A stretch of 50,931 nucleotides of DNA from Verrucomicrobiota bacterium (GTDB taxonomy: Bacteria > Verrucomicrobiota > Verrucomicrobiia > Opitutales > Seribacteraceae): positions 1 through 50,931 of the forward strand of contig JAQBYT010000031.1 of the NCBI GenBank assembly GCA_027622665.1. Direction: 5' to 3'. The notes beneath the pieces were generated by a model. That model made no database searches. It was not told the origin of the DNA and was given only the letters and a program-made list of their open reading frames with translations. A program made the translations under genes and the position numbers. Shown here piece by piece: positions 47,413 through 50,931 of this stretch (its first letter is position 1; the number at the start of each line of letters is the position of its first letter).

Positions 47413-48789
47413 TCAGCCACCCGTCAACCGGTCGACGATGTCGTCGTAGCCGAAGAGATCGGTCAAGCGCATGTCGAGCCCTTTGTGGCGAACACTGAGG
47501 AGGTCATGCTGGACGCCCATCAGTTTGAGGACGGTGGCGTGCAAGTCGTGCACGTGCAGCGGGTCCTCGACCGCCCGGAAGCCAAGCTCATCAGTGGCAC
47601 CTATCACTTGCCCTCCCATGACGCCGCCGCCGGCCATCCAGCAAGAGAAGCCGTAGGGATTGTGGTCACGGCCCGAGCCTCCCTCGGTTGTCGGCGTTCG
47701 TCCAAATTCACCGCTCCAGATAACCAGTGTGTCGTCGAGCATACCGCGCCGTTTGAGGTCGGTGAGCAATGCTGCGCAGCCGCGGTCGACACCGGCGATC
47801 AGTTTTTTGTGAAGCTGGTTGTTGTTGCTATGCGTATCCCACTCGTTGCCGGAGCCGCAGCCGTTGTAGATCTGCACCATGCGCACGCCGCGCTCCACCA
47901 ATCGCCGCGCCGTCAGGCACTGCTCGCCAAAGCCCTTGCCGTACAGCTCCCGTGTCGCCTGCGGCTCGCGTGAGATGTCAACCGCTTCCGGTGCCGCCAT
48001 CTGCATGCGGTAAGCCAGTTCGTAGGACTGAATCCTCGCCTCCAGTTCGGAGTCGGCCGGGCGCTTCACTTTGTGCATCGCATTAAGCTTTTGCACGTAA
48101 TCCAGCATGTCCCGCTGGCCGTCGCCCCGCGCTGTCAGATTGGTAATCGGCGGGCCCGACATATTTAGTTTCGTGCCCTGATGCCGGGCCGACAAAAAAC
48201 CGCTGCCCCAGACGCCTGTGCCAGGCTTCAGCGCACCGTCGTTCATGACCACGAAGCCTGGCAGGTTGTCGGTCTCGCTGCCCAGCCCGTACGACAGCCA
48301 ACTGCCCATCGACGGGCGGCCCATGCGGTCGTGGCCCGTATTCATCAACCAAATTGCAGGGGTGTGATTGAATACCTCGTGGTGGCAACTGCGGATCACC
48401 GCCATGTCATCCGCGTGCCGCTGTAAATGAGTAAACCCGTCGCTGATCTCGATGCCCGAATCCCCGCAGCGCGAGAAAGCAAAATCACTGCCCATCAGCT
48501 TCTGACTACGAACGTCGGTGAACTGTAACTTGAGGTCGTGCATGCTGGCAGGCGGTTGCTGGCCGTGGCGCTTGTTGAGCTCGGGCTTCGGATCAAATGT
48601 GTCCATCTGGCTGGGGCCGCCGTGCATGAACAGCCAGATAACGCGCTTGGCCGTTGGCGGAAAATGAGGTTGCACCTCAGTGGCACCCGCCGAACCGACC
48701 AGCATCTGCTGTAGGGCCATTGCGCCGCAGCCAAGCCCGGCGCGCGCCAGCCAGTCGCGTCGCGACAGCATGTATCGTTCAATCGACAT
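47413..48789 (-). CDS. DUF1501 family protein, Tat-exported
   Basis: SRRDWL; GGPSQMDTFDPKP; YELAYRMQ; WDTH; GEFGRTP; GRDHNP; MRLTD. Confidence 0.94.
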   Translation of the reverse strand: MSIERYMLSRRDWLARAGLGCGAMALQQMLVGSAGATEVQPHFPPTAKRVIWLFMHGGPSQMDTFDPKPELNKRHGQQPPASMHDLKLQFTDVRSQKLMGSDFAFSRCGDSGIEISDGFTHLQRHADDMAVIRSCHHEVFNHTPAIWLMNTGHDRMGRPSMGSWLSYGLGSETDNLPGFVVMNDGALKPGTGVWGSGFLSARHQGTKLNMSGPPITNLTARGDGQRDMLDYVQKLNAMHKVKRPADSELEARIQSYELAYRMQMAAPEAVDISREPQATRELYGKGFGEQCLTARRLVERGVRMVQIYNGCGSGNEWDTHSNNNQLHKKLIAGVDRGCAALLTDLKRRGMLDDTLVIWSGEFGRTPTTEGGSGRDHNPYGFSCWMAGGGVMGGQVIGATDELGFRAVEDPLHVHDLHATVLKLMGVQHDLLSVRHKGLDMRLTDLFGYDDIVDRLTGG

Positions 48790-49912
48790 AAATAAACTCG
48801 TTCGTGTTAAACAAGGCCAAACACCAGCTCTGCATGCTCGCGCCCTTCAGGTAGTCGTGTGTTTCCCGCCGTTCGTCATCACCGACAGGCCGGCCAAAGG
48901 CGAGCAACCAGGCCCGCTCAATCTGTTTGTCTCGATCGTCGCCGCACTCGGCCTTAAGCCGGGCGGCGAACGCCTCCGCCAGCTCGCCAGTTATTCGGTC
49001 GTTCAACAGCGTCAACGCCTGCGGCGATACCACAGTCCTGTCCCGTCGGCCGCAGCTTTCGATCGGCGGTACAACATTGAAAGTATCGAAAAACGGATAG
49101 GTCATCGAGCGTTTCGAGGCGACATAGATTCCACGCCGCGCCCAGTCATTGCGCTCTGTCGGCGTTCTCCACTCGCCATTGCGCTTGGACTTAATCATCT
49201 CAGGGTCGATCGGCGGAAACACCGCCGGCCCGTACATCGCAAGATTCAAGACGCCGGAGACCGCCAGTAGATTATCCCAGATTGCCTCGGCGCCGAGCCG
49301 ATGACGGGGATAGTGATCGATCACTTCAGCCCCGCCCGATGATTCTGCGGAGTCCGCAGATTGACCGCGCCGACTCGACATCTGGTAGGTTGCCGACTGC
49401 ATGATCAGCCGATGCAGATCCTTGAGTCGCCAACCGTGATCAATCAAGTAAGCGGCTAGGAAATCGAGCAACTGCGGATGGGTTGGCGGCTCGCCCTGTG
49501 TACCAAGGTCGTTGGGCGTCGCCACCAGCGCCTCGCCAAAATGCCACATCCACACGCGATTGACAATGACGCGCGCGGTCAGCGGGTTGTCGGTCGAGAC
49601 GATCCACTCGGCAAGGCGGACACGGTGTAGCCTGTAGTCGTCTGGGCCGTCGTTTGCCAGTGGGCCGCCACCCAGAAGGGCGGCGGGAATCGCGGCAGCC
49701 ACGCCGCCTGCCGGATGATCCAGCTCGCCGCGCCTCAGCAGCTGCACATCTGGTGCCTGCCGACGGCTCCTCAGCACGTGCATGAGAGCGTTGCCGCGCT
49801 TGACTTTGGCGTCCTTCTCAACGGTCTCGCTCACATTCAGCTTTTCGATTTCGCTGCTGCCAAGCAACGCCTGTAAGGCGAAGTAATCGTACTGCGTGAT
49901 CGGGTCGTATTT
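48779..49912 (-). pseudogene. DUF1549/DUF1553 protein with the 5' part deleted
   Basis: Similarity starts at KYDPITQYDYF, immediately after the missing CxxCH, and continues through NPLTARVIVNRVW, PTHPQLLDFLA, QALTLLN, LFNTNEF. The first ~30 residues of the track ORF are antisense of the neighbouring gene. Confidence 0.88.
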
Positions 49913-50931
49913 ACTCCAATTTAGCCGTTGCCAAATGTATTTATTCAGGAGGGCGCACATGGCTATATACAGGCAGTGTGCAAACACTAGAATATGTGAC
50001 ACGAGCAGAGTTTAAGCTGATTCACCAAAAGTCTGGGATGCAAGTCAGTGCAGCTCAATTGGAGAATAAAGCACGAAATGCATTGAAGGAATTTGCAAGC
50101 GACAAACACTGGCTTGCTTCACTCACCTGTGAAGGCAACGTATTTGATAGCGTTGATCCTGAAGAAGAGCAGTTGATTCGTTCGTTAAGCCGTTTTGCAA
50201 CAGGGGCAATCAAACTTTTAACGCGTGACGAGGAATTATGTGAACGCTATCCAGATTTGACCATCACGCCGCAACAATATTTGAAAACGCCATCGCAACA
50301 CAAACCCATCGAATTCATCGACCTCAAATCTCAACAAGACGCCCTCCGTCCGCATTTAGAACAGAACATCCACCGTGTTCTCAATCATGGGCAATACATC
50401 ATGGGCCCAGAAGTCAAACAACTCGAAGAAAAGCTCGCCGCCTATGTAGGCGTAAAACACTGCATCAGCGCCAGCAGCGGCACCGACACCCTGCTGATTG
50501 CCATGATGGCCTTGGGTATTGGCCCCGGAGACGAGGTCATCACCACCCCGTTCACCTTCATCGCCACCGGCGAAATGATTGCTCTGCTCGGTGCTAAGCC
50601 AGTATTTGTCGATATAGACCCCAAAACTTTCAACATCGATCCCTGCAAAATCGCCGCCGCTATAACCACCAAAACCAAAGCCATCATGCCTGTCAGTCTA
50701 TACGGGCAATGCTCTGATATGGATGCGATCAACAAAATTGCCGCATCGTACAACCTGGCAGTGATTGAAGACGCAGCCCAATCATTTGGAGCAACCTACA
50801 AAGGCCGAAAATCATGTGCATTAAGTACCATTGGGAGCACTAGCTTCTTTCCCAGTAAACCCCTCGGTGGGTACGGAGACGGTGGAGCGTTATTTACTGA
50901 TAACGACGAACTAGCCAAAGCCATGCGTGAA
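49912..50931 (+). CDS. DegT/DnrJ/EryC1/StrS (WbpE-like) nucleotide-sugar aminotransferase with N-terminal PIN-like extension; 5'-truncated and running off the right edge
   Basis: Single open frame from 49900 to the edge. From ~50308: IEFIDL..YIMGPEV..SSGTDTL..GPGDEVITTPFTF..VSLYGQ..IEDAAQSFGA..SFFPSKPLGGYGDGGA. About 130 in-frame residues precede the core. Possible fallback starts GTG 49978 or ATG 50038. Confidence 0.9.

Noticed and set aside
1..50931. Integron cassette array, prophage, IS element, tRNA or rRNA
   Set aside because: I saw no integrase, transposase, phage genes, recurring attC-like sites or RNA-gene signatures by eye; a covariance-model scan would be needed to exclude small RNAs.

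Overview
Bacterial accessory region with PVC-type (Verrucomicrobia/Planctomycetes-like) gene content; the taxonomy is inferred from the protein families only. At its centre is an intact phosphate/arsenic block (17969-29147): porin-pstS-phoB-phoR-pstC-pstA-pstB-phoU on the minus strand, divergent from arsR-arsC-aquaporin, with Pho-box-like 11-bp repeats and an ArsR-type operator. On both sides lies a GC-mosaic collection of genes for exported proteins: several pairs of a two-CxxCH cytochrome (DUF1588/DUF1592-type or DUF1549/DUF1553-type) with a Tat-exported DUF1552 or DUF1501 partner, sulfatases, apparently non-catalytic FGE-fold proteins, an amidohydrolase, PhoD-like and purple-acid-type phosphatases, and two fasciclin genes beside a SigK/RskA-like sigma/anti-sigma pair. 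Much of this cargo is broken (about a dozen nonsense, frameshift, deletion or truncation lesions). Three pairs of short diverged direct repeats sit at cassette boundaries and look like integration scars. Two real genes are missing from the ORF track because they run off the window: a tandem FGE-fold protein (908 to <1) and a DegT/WbpE-like aminotransferase with an N-terminal PIN-like extension (~49912 to >50931). I found no tRNA, rRNA, CRISPR array, integrase, transposase or reverse transcriptase. All family calls come from motif recognition by eye, not database searches.
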